Shown here one piece after another: positions 1 through 50,082 of a DNA stretch of 64,000 nt. The number at the start of each line of letters is the position of its first letter. The stretch's first letter is position 1. The notes beneath the pieces were generated by a model. That model made no database searches, was not told the origin of the DNA, and saw nothing but the letters and a program-made list of their open reading frames with translations. The position numbers and the translations under genes were made by a program. The DNA comes from Amoebidium appalachense (taxonomy: Eukaryota > Protista > Ichthyosporea). The stretch is from contig CAVNZM010000004.1 in the NCBI GenBank assembly GCA_963693365.1, forward strand, positions 4,020,047-4,084,046. The letters are read 5' to 3'.

Positions 1-960
1 TGGCTCGGTACAGACACGGAATATGCTCTCGTGTTATCCCAGTCGCCCACGGGCCGTGCGGGCACAGATGTGCCAATACTATACGGCTGGGGCTGTGAAG
101 GCGATGTGCTTTGTTGATGGTATGAAACATGTGATTGGACGTTAACGGGCACGCCTGTGGGTGATCTGCTAGGCGGTGGAGTGGGGTAGGTAGGGTAGGG
201 ATGTGTGGTGGGGTAGGCAGGCACGCTTTGTGCTGGAAAGGACGGTGGACACATTGCGGATGAATATGCTGATGGAGTCTGGGGTAAATCAGGTTGTTGC
301 TGGTGATTGTAAAATCCACGAGCCGAGCTGGAATAACTCCGTTGATATTCCACGTCGTAAGAATAGGACCCACTGTAGTCATAAGACTCCCTACGCTCAG
401 GAATCGAGATTGGCTGGGTGGCGGGCATTCTTCCGCTAGGAATGGCAATGGGTGCCGAACTGTAGCCTGTATCCACGTGCTCCTCGCGCACCGGGGCACG
501 CAAATCGGGATGGGTGGTGTGTTCATACCAGCTATTTTTACGCCACTCTCCCTCACCTGTCATATTTGAGTGGTGTTCATTCCTGTAAGGGGCATACCTA
601 TGTGCCGGCGAGCTGGACGGAATGTATGAACCGGATGTTTTCATAGAGGGTGTGGGAGGATATGCCATAGTTGGGCGCATGTAAGAGCTCGAAAGGCTCC
701 TTGGGGGAGGACTCGTTGGCTCCTCCGTTAGGCAGTCCTCAAACGGACGGAAAATTGTCGTTTTGGGTGTCTCTGGAGCCATAGAAACAGACCTGATGGA
801 CATAACGGATCCCCGGCGCTCTTGGGGATAGTGTGTGTGCATCTGGTCATAACTGTGTGAGGGAACCCTGCGTGCGTAATACTCGCTATAGCCTGCATGT
901 TCGTCGATGGCCATGGGCTGGCTTTCAACGGCCACCCCCGTGCCTGGATACCACTCCATT
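1..960 (-). mobile_element. Degenerate non-LTR retrotransposon (LINE) C-terminal remnant, running off the window start
   Basis: The minus frame near 1-200 reads LPTPLHRLADHPQACPLTSNHMFHTINK...GITREHIPCLYRA. This resembles the LPTxxRL...CP motif preceding the C-terminal zinc finger of LINE ORF2 (compare 53475-53620). Sequence is non-microsatellite with broken frames. Boundaries approximate. Confidence 0.3.
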
Positions 961-1986
961 CTTGCTTGCGGAGAAATTAAGTGCTTGATGATGTAGACGT
1001 AAAATGAAAACGGATTAAAATTCAGAATTCTACCTCTACGCTAGACAAATAGGTTAGTGAACCCGTTGGGGAAAAAAAAAACCAAGGATAGCGTGAACAT
1101 AGCGAGACGTAAATAATCATGCTCATGCAGAAGGACAAACTGACATGTGCATGTAACGTGACGCATTGATAAGCCGGCTCAATAAATGTCTCAAAGATCT
1201 ACCAGTTAACTGCATGATATTGGACGGATGGTAATTAAGCATTAGGCCGCGTGTTCATTTTCTGCCCAGATTCCCAAGAGGAATATGACCCGTGGCTAGT
1301 ACAGCGAATCAGATGCTGCTAATGTACACGCAGTTTGACCGCAGCTTGCGTCGATTGATTAGTATCCAATCATGTAGACCATGCGGGGGTCGGTGAGGCT
1401 GCAAATTTGATTGGCCAGAGGCTCACCAAAAAATGATCAACAGGCTCAGTCACCCTCCTATTCGGAACTAGGATATTCTGGATTATAGGAGAAAAACATT
1501 TATTTATTCATAAATCATTCATACTATTTTTAATGATCATAGTTCTTAAAAACTACCTTTTTACTATCTGCCATCATCAAAGAGGGCTTTAAAATGTTGT
1601 TTCAAGGGAGCACCGATTCGATGTATATCACGAAGACATAATTGTCAATCCCAAATAAAGCGTTCGCACGTGCGCATGGATCGTAGTACCCATGTGACTG
1701 TCACATGTGAGATGACACGTGTTGTAGACAGGCCCTCGGCCTGTATGAAAAACCTGTGACACCCCGCCCCAAATTAAAGAATTTTGGACTATAAAGCTGG
1801 TTGTTTTCCTTGACTATTATAACTCCTGACCCTTGCCCCACGTTGCATAGCCACTCGCACGGCCCTAACCCACGCTCTATATAAGAATGTCCTGATTGTA
1901 AGCCAATCCAGTAGCACAGTTATGCACGATGAGCCAAATAGAACCAGAGCGCTTTCTTCTCAACCAATCAGATTACTTTTGTACAC

Positions 1987-2901
1987 TTGCCTGTTGCCGT
2001 ACCTTTTGTGTCACAATGCAAAGAGCACTGGCAGATCTGGACAGATTTTTGTGGAAAAACAAATGTTATAGGTAATCACGCTTCGATTTCCGGCTATATA
2101 TCTTTAGATGATTTCCATTACACAACTTGTTGTATGTTTCTCACTGGTCTTTCCACACCTATCCCTAGACGCCTTTTTGATTCTCTCTACGCACTCACAC
2201 CACCATCACAACGCGTACACGAATTAGCCCTTAAATTTCACGAGCACATCACCCGCCTGTCCGCTTGTGCCCCGGACCACCCGCTCTTCCGGCTACACGC
2301 ATCCCCGCCGGATTCGCCCCTCTACCTCTTCCCTTCCCCATCGTCTCTGCCCATTGCCGAGCGCTATGTGGAATGGCTGGCGACCCCCCCGGAGGTACGG
2401 CGAGATCATAGTGTGAATATGAATAGTTTCAAGTCTATGGCTGATAGATATCTTTTTACTCTACGTGTTGAGTCCCTTCCGGTGTTAGGACCGCAAAAAC
2501 ACCAACTACTAGTAGCCTATATGGCGGATACGGTTAGAGAGTCTCGTTCATACATAGATTCGTTTATTCGTAATGTGGTGTGGTGTAAAAACGCAAAGAT
2601 GATTATGGCTTGGCGGTGTAATCGGTTTCTGGTGTCTCCTGCTCGTATGTGTAATATGTGTGGGGGGGCGGTTTACTCGCGGCTGCATATCTATCAATAA
2701 ATGCAACCTGTTAGCTAATGTATTAGAACCGGAGGTTATTGGCGGTTTTATTCTCTTTAAATTTCTTCCTCTCTTCCTCAATATATCCGTTTTAAGATGA
2801 CTATCCTAGATCACCTTATTAATGCTGCACAGTATGATATTGTGATCCGGTGCCTTAACTTTCTTTCGGAGCTACCGATGCTAGCATCTGCTTACCCATA
2901 A
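1987..2901 (+). mobile_element. Decayed LINE ORF2 C-terminal region with CCHC-type zinc knuckle
   Basis: ORF 1987-2700 ends CNMCGGAVYSRLHIYQ*, then continues in a shifted frame CNLL... and LDHLINAAQYDIV...AYP*. It is homologous by eye to 40130-40880: SLYALTPPSQRVHELALKFHEHITRLSACAPDHPLFRL vs SLFGLPSRARMFEL...LHLSRLPTPHPLLQL, and LDHLINAAQYD vs LHYLLNSKKYD. Confidence 0.6.
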
Positions 2902-2908
2902 TATGTAA

Positions 2909-4269
2909 GGGCCTGTTTGGCAACGCGGGTTAGTGTAATCTGGATTTCGGGGGATATCTGGATATCAAAATCGAGATCCAGATTATGCTGCAGAATCCGG
3001 ATCTCAGCCGAAACCTGGGTTACGATATTCCGAGCGTCGGGGTGTGATCTGATTGGATGACGACACGACCTTTAACTTCAGTTAGTCTTGCCGTGATTGG
3101 CCTAGAGCGCACTCACCGAAAAAACCAGGCTATGGACATTTCTATTGGGTTAGAGGAATCGAATAACCGGGTTAATGGGTGAGTGCGCAGCTAGCCAATC
3201 AAAGCGATCACTAGGAAAATGTAAGCCTGAAATGTGAATGTAATGATATATGAATCAAATAACCGAGTTAAAGTTTGCATAATGTATCAATAAAGTGAAT
3301 TTTTTATGGGTCATATCGTAACCGGATCATGTCGGCTCGTGTCCTCGCTCGACCTCGTTATTTCGGCTCGCCTTGTCGATTATTTTGGCTCGCCTATCGG
3401 CTCGCCAAAATAACCGACGGCTCGCCGAAATAACTTCGGTTTCGCTCGGCCACTCGCCCCATGACTCCTGATTAAGCCGGGTAGATAACCCATGGATGCC
3501 AAACAGCCCACGTACGATTTCGGGTTAGATTTGCTCTGCAGCTGTCACGCTGTTCATCACCGGTCGGTGACTTGCAATTGCAGACCCGCTACACATATAC
3601 ACCATAGTGATAAGCAGTAATAAACCACGAAAGTGGTGAGTTGTATACGGTTTTATTTGAGACACTCACCATGTATGCAGCCCGGAACATAGCCGTTTTG
3701 GCTGCGATTGCAGCCTTGACCTATAGCCCAGAGCTCAAAGAGCCCTGTCGTACTTCCCCGCTCATGGAAGACTCGGGCTGGACGGCCGCAGAGGGTAGGA
3801 AAAGAATGAGAAGTGAGGTGCGTGTCTGTTTTTATAACGTTCCCCACGTGCAAGTCCGTGCGTTGGTGCAGGTGTCGCAGTTCAAGGCACAGCTGTCGCA
3901 GCCCACTCAGTATCCACATGCTGCCAGCAACGGAAGTTTGGTTTGGCGCCCTTTCAACAATCCTTTTTTGGCCACTTCAAACTATCGACGATTGGTGCAA
4001 AAGGACACCATATATAGTTCCATAAAATGAACATTCATTGGGTCGGACATTCAGGACCTGAAAGGATTTCGCGCTAATCCACCTCCCGAGGTGGATTAGT
4101 GGAATCCAGATTACGGCCATGTCCGAGGGGTTTGAAACCCAGATTTACGTGACCGGATCTGGCCGTCTGTTTGGCAGCGGCTGGATTTTGAGATTTGGAT
4201 TTAGCGCTAAACCCAAAATCGCCCGTAATCCGGATTTAGGACCCTAAACCCGAGTTGCCAAACAGGCCC
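2909..4269. mobile_element. Non-autonomous PIF/Harbinger (Tourist-like) DNA transposon
   Basis: Perfect 16-bp TIR GGGCCTGTTTGGCAAC (2909-2924) / GTTGCCAAACAGGCCC (4254-4269), extending imperfectly to ~25 bp. TAA flanks both sides (2906-2908, 4270-4272). Both subtermini carry repeated ATCYRGAT palindromes. No transposase seen. Confidence 0.9.
3017..3483. mobile_element. Nested inverted-repeat/hairpin module, possibly a non-autonomous Crypton-like element
   Basis: Inverted repeats GGTTACGATAT (~3018) / ATATCGTAACC (~3313) and TGATTGGCCTAGAGCGCACTCACC (~3094) / GGTGAGTGCGCAGCTAGCCAATCA (~3178), plus a 145-bp imperfect hairpin at 3324-3468. The Crypton assignment is by architectural resemblance only. 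Confidence 0.4.
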
Positions 4270-4907
4270 TAATAGGGGTGTCAGATACTACGACGGCGCT
4301 CATTGTTGCCTAGCATGTACATACAGTACATATGTCACTGGCTGCATTTGATTGGCTGTGCTGGAAAACGCAGTAGGCCGTCGAATGTGGCTGGGCCTCC
4401 GGCATTGCATGTCCACGCAATAAAAAGTGTGTAAACCCTATATATCCTACCACGGCATCATATGCCTTTGAATTTCTTATTACAACCGTTTGGCATTTCT
4501 ACTTTCAAGTTGCATATAGCCTCTTTATATATTTTTTGGCTTTCTATGGCATAAAGCCGAGTATTCTATATGGGGATTCCGGGGAATCTATGGCAAAGCA
4601 TTGCAAGGCCGGAAATTTTTCTTTTTCTTTTGACTCGGTTTTATTGATCCGTTGATGAAGGCAACGGTGCAGCCACAGGCTACATAACCACCAATAGAAC
4701 TGAAATAGCCAAAGCTAACGTGTGGAAGCCGGAAAATGAATTGAGCGGGGTTTATGCACTCTCCCGCCGAACAGCCGAACGTCGCACATGTGCGCTATGC
4801 ACACGTCACCTGAGGAGTCCATCACTGTGCCGACATGTCGCCATGTGGCGCAAACCATGCATGTATGCTACATGCGGTAAGCCAGCTGCAGCTGTAGCCG
4901 AAGAGAA

Positions 4908-5095
<188 letters not shown>

Positions 5096-5618
5096 GAGAG
5101 AGTGTGTGTGTGTGTGCACGTGTGTGTGTGTGTGTGAGGGAAGGAAAGAGAGAATGAGAGAGAGAGGGAAGGAGAGAGAGAGGGAGAGGGAGGGAGGGAG
5201 GGATTGGGAGGGGGGGGGGGGGGGGGGGGGAGAGAGATCGTAGAGAGAGGGACTACAGTAGAGAGGGGAGAGCGAGAAGGAGACGGAGAGGGAGAGGGAG
5301 ACTAGGGAGAGAGGGAGGGAGGGGGGAAGGGGGGGAAGGGGGGGGGGGGGGGGGGGGAGCGAGAGAGCGAGAGAGAGGGAGAGAGAGCGAGAGCGAAAGA
5401 AATAGGGAGGGAGGGATGGAGAGGGGGGAGGGAGGGGGGGAGTCGAGAGAGACTCAAGAGGGAATTGATATTGGGAGAGGAAGATGAAGGGGGAGGGGGA
5501 GGGAGTAGTAGTGGGAGGAAGAGGGGCTGAGAGAGAGAAAAAGAGAGAGGGACAAGTCGCACTTCATCAGGGAGGGACTCCAAGGGAGGGAGGGAGTTGT
5601 CGTCTGTGTGTGTGTGTG

Positions 5619-5684
<66 letters not shown>

Positions 5685-6194
5685 GTACTGGTGAGAGTAG
5701 CGGTGGTGGTAGTGGTGGATCGGGGCCCCGGGGGAGAGGGGGGGGGGGGGGGGGGGGGGGGGGGGCCGGGGGAGACCCCGTAAAAAAAATAAAAAGCTAT
5801 CTGACAGACAGACACGGTCACACCCACCCACCAACATTGTCACAGCCTCGGTTCACCTGACTGTCAAGCGCCGCAAATTTACGCCGGAATACTGAAAGAA
5901 AAATCGAACATTTTTTCTTTTCTCTAGTAAGTGGTTCCTCGCATGAGCCTTGAAGGAAATGAGTTGGCAATCGGCTACCGGCTTAATTAATGCTGAACAT
6001 GGCATCAGACTCGTGCTCTAGAGCCTCGTGATTTGATGCCGTGATACATAAGGTCCATCGCAGCCAGAATCAGAATGTTGCCGATTTTTTTATTTCGTTT
6101 TTTTTTCCTTTTTCTTTTTTTTTTTTTTTTTTGTGTGTGGGGATGGGAGGGGCCCCCGGGGGGGGGGGGGGGGAGGGTGGGGTGGGTGGGGTAT

Positions 6195-6240
<46 letters not shown>

Positions 6241-6899
6241 GGGGGGAGGACCTCGAAGAGAAAGGCGGTTATATGGTGACCGTAAGTCACTCCCAAGACT
6301 CAGCCAAATGTTATTCAATAATTATGTAAAAGCAGTAGGGTCATGATAACACTGGTGGCTATTTATGTGACTCGTGGCTGAGGAGTTTCTATATGTAGTG
6401 TGAATCCTCACTCTCAGAATTATTGATATGAGCCTTGCAGCAGGTCAGGCTGAGTGGATTGTGATCACGGTGCATGATGCATGGCATTTAGCCATTCAGA
6501 TGCAGTATACTATGGTGTAGCCCCGATTTTTCTACATAAAAGTCAACCGTGTTTGATTGATACTGCATTACGTTATGGCAAATATAATGTTTTTTGCACG
6601 GGTCACCTTTTAATTTCTACTTTCCTCTGTCCAAATACTGTATAGGCCATCGGTCCGGGTTACCGCACGGTTTTGGCACTATTTCAAAGAGTCCATTTTT
6701 CTGTTTGATGCCGCTTCCCTGGCCCGTACGTATAACCTAAAGTTTAAACCGTGTTCTTATTCCAGTTGGGACCACCTATCACAGTTTTTGATCAAGTCCG
6801 AAAATCAAACACCAACTGGATCGTAGACTAATATTTTTGTGAGGAATCCGAGCTATTGGAGGTACAGTGAGCCTCTAATTATATATCACCATGATCAAT

Positions 6900-6946
6900 T
6901 CCAATATGAACATGTACAATCCCAATATGAACATGTACAATCCCAA
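6900..6946. repeat. 21-bp tandem duplication (CCAATATGAACATGTACAATC x2)
   Basis: Read directly. Confidence 0.85.
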
Positions 6947-8672
6947 ACTACAATAGCTTGCAAATGGCCCACGGTTAACGTTGAGCTATGGTGTCTTCCA
7001 CAGTTGCTACACTGGTGGTGACACGTGGTGTTTCCGTCCTCTGTGAACGATACCAGACATATCCAGTTGAAGGCCCTACACGGGCGATACACACACATAC
7101 ACAGGTGAACAGACACGAATATTGCCACTCCTGGCGTCGACGCGTACGCGTGCGAACATCAAAGTTTCCTTGCCAACGTACGCGTGCCACAGTGGACTGT
7201 GAAACACATCACCTGATTCAACACCTGCACAAACACACACGCACACCGCGTGACGCACACACACACACGCACAATGCTGCAATATTAGTATGCAAAAACA
7301 CAGATATGCACGTACACTGAGTGTCAGGCACATGTACAGTTAAAAAGAAACACCATGGATAATGATTTCTTCCATCCACGCACATGTGCACACCCTCTGG
7401 GCGCACACCGTTGAAAATCACGCTGTCACACACACACTAACCCAGCCACCGAGCCACACGCCTTACACACGAGTAATTCACGCAGGCCGGCACCAGGTAA
7501 ATTTTCAAAAGACACCATCTCTTTTGCCACACGTTCACATGCACGCTATCCACATCGACTTTAAGGTTTTTTGATTTTTGACAGTTGTCTCAGGGGATGT
7601 GATCCGGTTGAATCAATTTCGATCGGAACCCCCTCGTAGAAATTCGAGAAAACTACCCCCCCCCCCCCCCCCCCCGGGTCCTTAGAATTCACCACCACCA
7701 CTACCACCGGCCTCCACCACCACCACTCACCCACCGACCCACCCATCCACACACACAATTTTGAGAAATCCTGTTGCCAGGTTTTAATGGCTGCCGGTTC
7801 GCCATCAGACCACCCTGGGCAAAAACATGACTCAGAAAAATCACTGCAGCGTACTAGTATTGTAATGTAATTCCTGCACAATGTTTTATTTATGTTTGCG
7901 TCTCGCATTGGGCGGAGGCCGGCCGGCCAGCGGCAACACAGCACTCAATGTTGAAAATTGACAGAGACAATATATCTCAGATGGAGAATATCTCGAAAAG
8001 AATATCTCGGATGCTACAGAGGGTATACAAGCCCCGGGGGAATGTACTATGGCTACTTACGTACTATCGGCATGAAGGGCACTACCCGCACACAGTCCAG
8101 AAAGAAACAATGAACGGTAGCACTCAAACAAAAGGTATTAAACAAGGTGAATTGGCTGCCGCTGTGTGCCTGGACACCGAAAAGCAAAATTACACCCAGT
8201 ACTCATTAAAAAAAAAAAAAAAAAAAAAAGCCAAATGCAAATGAAAGCGGAAGGCAAAAAAAAAAAATCTCAGAGAGAAACGTAAATCACTCGGAAATAT
8301 GTACCGGTGCATGGACCCCAAAACAAATAACCCATTTTGCTTCTTCTGGTTCATCAAACCAAACATCACCTCCCAGAAAGGATCCCCCCCCCCCCCCCCC
8401 CCCCCCCCCCAAACAACATAAGAAAAGACCCGGTATCGCACTGGAGAGTCCACAGCACACACATGCATTCCTATTGTTGTGTCCGACCAATCAAATGACA
8501 GATGAAACGACATGCATGCGAGGCGTCACATTCAAAAACACAATCCTCACACTATGTAGAAACCCTGGCCCCCATAGTCAAAATACGAAGACCTTTACGA
8601 TGCATTTTTTCAGGCGCGGCACTATACTGATATCACAATAGCCAACCAAGTAGAGAGGAAAAGATGCGACAT

Positions 8673-8711
<39 letters not shown>

Positions 8712-8764
8712 GCATTAGCGAAAATCCACCATTATGGGCATAATTTCGCTGTCCCACTTTCCAC

Positions 8765-26292
<17,528 letters not shown>

Positions 26293-27133
26293 GCGGCCCC
26301 CCCGGCTACCTCCACTGATGCATAGAAACGTGGAACACGGCGCGAAGCCGCTGGAAACCCCCCCAGAAAGAACCTCCCTGGCGCGCTATAATAGGGAAGC
26401 GTGTGTGTGTGCGTGTGCGTGTGTGTGCGTACGTGTGTGTGTTAACTTGGGGTTTGTTTTGTGGCGAGTTGTTCGGTGAGGCCCTTTCTATTGTAGCTGC
26501 TGTAGGGTGTGTGGGAAAATAATTAAAGCGCGCGTGGAGCCTGAGTTTTGGGTATATTATTGAAGTATGGCAAATTGTGGCTGTGGAGAGAGAACTAAGC
26601 TACAAAGAACGTGCAAAAGAACCTGTGAAACTTCCTCTGCTGTTGGTATCTTTCTGCTAAACGGTGGAATGCATTGCATATGCGGTTCTTCCCGAGCCAA
26701 CAACACACGTGTAAGGATGAGGCTTCTACTCGATTAAATTCAAATTAAGCTAAGCTGTTCTTTCTTACTAAATTGAGTGTTCCACTTGAAGGGGAATCAA
26801 ACTAATATAAGTTTCCTAGTTAGTTGAGAATGGTAAGCCTTGCACACAGAAAAAGTATGCGGTACAAAAGCTTCCGAAGCTGGAAGGTTGTTCGAAAGAT
26901 ACTGTTTCAGCGTTCCTTGAGAACACAAAGCTTTAAAATCATGCATGCTTCTTGCAACTACCGAATGCTTTCTCAGCAGCCCGGCAACATTACTATTATA
27001 TGTACGGATTCCCATTGGATAATTTCTGTCATTAGATTTATTGGCAGCCCGGCGAACCAGCGCCCAGCGTCAACTTACAAAAAAAAATAAAAAAAAATAG
27101 AGCTCTGTTGGAGTAAATTTGAGACCAGCAAAA

Positions 27134-27194
<61 letters not shown>

Positions 27195-27840
27195 AGGGAG
27201 AGAGGGGGGGGGGAGGGAGAGAGAGGGGGGGGGGGGGGGGGGGGGGGGGATAGACTGCAAGAGGGAGGGAGAGATATATAAATAGCACTGGCCACTGTCC
27301 CCTGAGCAAGAACACACAACCGAAATACAAGGAAAACATCAGCAACTACAATTTGTCAAGCAAGCACCTGGCAGACATATTGCATCAGAACCACCGTTCT
27401 ATGGTAAAGTAAGCAGGCCGGATGCATCTGATGCAGTGCACAGGAAGGCCACCATGCCTAGCCTCTCAACTGTCCAAAATCATTATGGGTATAGAAGTGG
27501 AGTTCTCGGTTCAATATGGTGTGAATTTATATGTGTTACGTGATTTATAACGTGTGTTTATTCCTTGCAATTGCGAAGAATGACTCCATTGCCCATGAGA
27601 TTGAGAAAAAGCAAGTTTTTAGGAGTTAAGAATGCGGCATCTGTGAAAGCGTGTTTGGCATTCAAGATGCCCGTACGTGCATAATTGTGCGCGTGCATAC
27701 GCAAGGCACAAGGGCAAACTCCTTCCCGTCTTTAATAGAGACACACCACACCAGTTCAAGCATGCACACAAACATGAAGATCATAGGAACAGAAAAATCG
27801 CTTTCGTGTCGCATTCGCACACTGACAAGTCCCAAACCTC

Positions 27841-39592
<11,752 letters not shown>

Positions 39593-40129
39593 TTTCAAGC
39601 ACCTTTTATTCCCACAACACCATGCACTCTTGGAAGGTTGGGCTATCTAAAACACAGCATGTTTCGGATTCACGGTGACCGCCCGTGCCCCAAAAACGTT
39701 TCTAAGGCACACCGCCAACATAAAAAACAAATAAATTTGCAGATCGCGATTGTCAAGATGCCGGGACTCCGTGCGGCAAATCGGATCGATCTCACACCCG
39801 TGATTCGTGATATATAAATGGACCCGGGCAAAAGGAACTTTTTCTTATGTAAACGATAAAACCAGAAGAAGAAAAGATGGGAATATTGTAGTAGCTGAAA
39901 GGATTCACGGAAAAGTTCGATTCAGTACGCATACTGTGGTTGCTCTACCAAAAAGAGCCTACTATTTACCGCGTTTTTTTGCAACCTAATATGAATCCGG
40001 CTTCCCATGTTGGCCGTGGCTCCACCTGCTGCTCAAGAGTGCTGCTCAAGAGGCAGCCCTTGCCGAGTTTGATTCGTTTCAAAAGGAGTGCCTGCACTTC
40101 ATATCGAGCACACCTGCCGCCTTCAAATG

Positions 40130-41068
40130 TATAGCGCCGCTACTGTCGCTATTTGGGCTTACCGTCCCGTGCTCGGATGTTTGAATTAACTCCTTCGGTT
40201 TTCTTTGCACCTTTCTCGCTTACCTACTCCACATCCTCTTCTCCAACTTTTTCCACCACCGATTGACTCACCTAATCCACCGTATCGATATATATCAAGC
40301 TCGCACAGACACCCAATTACCCATACAGACTCGTTTCCACCGTCCTCTTTCTGTTCGTCCGTATATATCTCCTTTGTTTTTCGATCTGCAGATAGTGGAC
40401 GAATACACACATTTAAAAACGAAGTCCGGCCCACTTTAGGCCCTGAGGAAAAGCAAGTCCATGATATCCCACAGCATCCTATTGATGTGTTTACTTTCTC
40501 TTAGGCGATCATTGTTTGGTTCTTTTGGGTCGCTAACAAGTAGCATTCCTTTCCATATTAGGAAACATACGTCTCTGTCCGATTGTATCTCCTTGCCCAA
40601 GCTCAATGTTGCTTGGGCGACCTTACATTGGAGTATTAATTGTGTATTTCATTACCGTAGTTGTCACACTGTGATACTAGATTCGATAGGAAGCACTTAG
40701 ACCGATGTAGCGTGATAATCTAGATTGTTCCAGTTTCTGTTCGGCTGCAGATATTTACCCGCTATCCCAATATCACTACCTTACACTACTTGTTGAATAG
40801 CAAGAAGTATGATATTTTCTATGCATTTTACTCTTGCGTGGCTAACAATTTGACGATTTTTGACCCCCGTAGTTGAGCTCGTACGTGCAGATTTTATTAG
40901 TAGTCTAACGAGCGGTATTCTCGTTTTTGGTATATCTCGTTGGATATCCGGTGAAGCTATCTCAGCGACTATCTCGTTGTGTCTATGGCAACTGTATTAT
41001 TTATCCATTCTTAGCCCTGTCTGGTGCCCCGATCGAAATAAAGTCCAGTAGTGAAAAAAAAAAAAAAA
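40130..41068 (+). mobile_element. 5'-truncated decayed LINE: ORF2 C-terminus, 3' UTR, poly(A) signal and tail
   Basis: Broken frames LHLSRLPTPHPLLQL ... SHCDTRFDRKHLDRC...RYPNITTLHYLLNSKKYDIF...DPRS*. AATAAA at ~41037 followed by A15 at 41054-41068. Same family as 1987-2901. Confidence 0.7.
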
Positions 41069-41169
41069 CTATACGTAGATTATTGTAGATGCTTTTTTCT
41101 CTGATCAAGCCGGTTATTGCTTTTGTGTGGGTGGCCGGCGCTGCCAGCACACTAATATGTGTTTTTTAT

Positions 41170-41462
41170 AGCATCTGTGACAATACAGTAGGTTCGACAG
41201 AAAGCATCTAGACCTATTTGTTAGTCCATATATACTAGTCCAGTTTCTGTTCGGGACGTTGGCTACAAGCTATCCCAATCGTGATACCATGTAACGTCAG
41301 GCTAGTTAGTGAGCATCAAAAATATGATATGGCAAAATTAACAATTTTGTTTATTGTTGACCCTCGTAGCGCTAGCTCTGCGTGCATAGATGGGGTTTTA
41401 GAAATTGCAATGGTTGAATTATCGTATCTGGTATATCTCTTTGGATGTTCGGCGAAGCCATG
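41170..41462 (+). mobile_element. Second, diverged copy of the same LINE 3' end
   Basis: Collinear with ~40665-40960: shared TCCAGTTTCTGTTCGG, GCTATCCCAAT, TTGACCCYCGTAG and TGGTATATCTC.TTGGAT...CGG.GAAGC. Translates RFDRKHLD in both copies. Confidence 0.7.
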
Positions 41463-41938
41463 TGTATGTAACAGACTGCATCGTTGTGTATACGTATATG
41501 GCGATGCCAAAAACTTTGATCACTGGATCCGGAACTAGTAGTCAAACGGCTAGCCATAGTACGCACCACCCCCAAAAAAAACTATTGGCCCGGGAATTTC
41601 CGATTGAAAACTCCCGAAAGACATCTTCTAACATAACTCACCCAAAACATCCTGTGCGCGCAAATGCGTAACTAAACATGCCTAGTTGTATGTAAAAGAC
41701 CGGTCATTCGCATGCTAAGCTATGGGATATGGATTTTAAAAGATTTATTTTAGGTGGCCCACGGAGTCAGCGCAGCTGCACTCCTGCCTGTGTATTGTGC
41801 TCAGCCTGTGTCTACTTATGCCCAACGTTTTTTTTTTATCAATACATATATGTACGTATTACACAACAACTGAATATATGTGACGATGTATGATGAATCC
41901 GATAGTACCCTGCGAGTGTGCGTGTGTGTTCATCAAGT

Positions 41939-41974
<36 letters not shown>

Positions 41975-42613
41975 CACTGGGTTGGTGTGTTGGTTCTGTA
42001 CAAGCCGTGCCACACGTGCATGCATTGTGTGTGTTCGAGTTGTTCGGTTGGGAAGGGAACAAACAGTGGATAGCGAACTCCAAAAAACTTTTAAAAACCT
42101 ATGCGAACCAAAAAAAATCTACTTGCGATCTCGGATCCTCGCACATACATTGTAAGGCTATATTTCCGATTTCCGCTCAAATGGCATCACATATAGCCAC
42201 AAACCTACATCTTTTTCTTTTCTTTCTTTTTTCTTTTTTTCCCGATCTCTTCTCTATTATACAGCTTCAGATAGTGTGGGACATTCTGTTATACAAAAGA
42301 ATCGACTCGACGCTCTATAGGCCTTCGCATAAAAGTCCAAAAGTTGTACAACGTAGTAAGGCACAGCATCACGTAACGCAGAAAAAAAGACGAAAAGGGG
42401 GGGGGGGGGGGGGGGGGGGGGGGGAGGGGGAGGGGGTGGAAGAAAAAGCCGTCTTGGACAGCCCCCTCAACACATTTTCCTGATCAAAAACAACTTAAAA
42501 AAACCAAAAACAATCAACTTTCTTTTGTGACCATACAAAAAAACTTCAAAAAAATTTGTTTCGGCTGTTGAAACGATCCCTTCATCTTCACTCTTCGTCC
42601 ACTCAAATTCCAA

Positions 42614-50082
<7,469 letters not shown>

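Noticed and set aside
1280-1990. Cluster of CCAAT, GC-box, E-box and TATA-like motifs as a promoter
   Set aside because: No host gene downstream, only LINE debris; more likely repeat-derived, and function cannot be supported from sequence.
7590-7817. CAGGG...CCCTG-bounded segment as a hAT MITE
   Set aside because: Only 5 bp of TIR and no target-site duplication.
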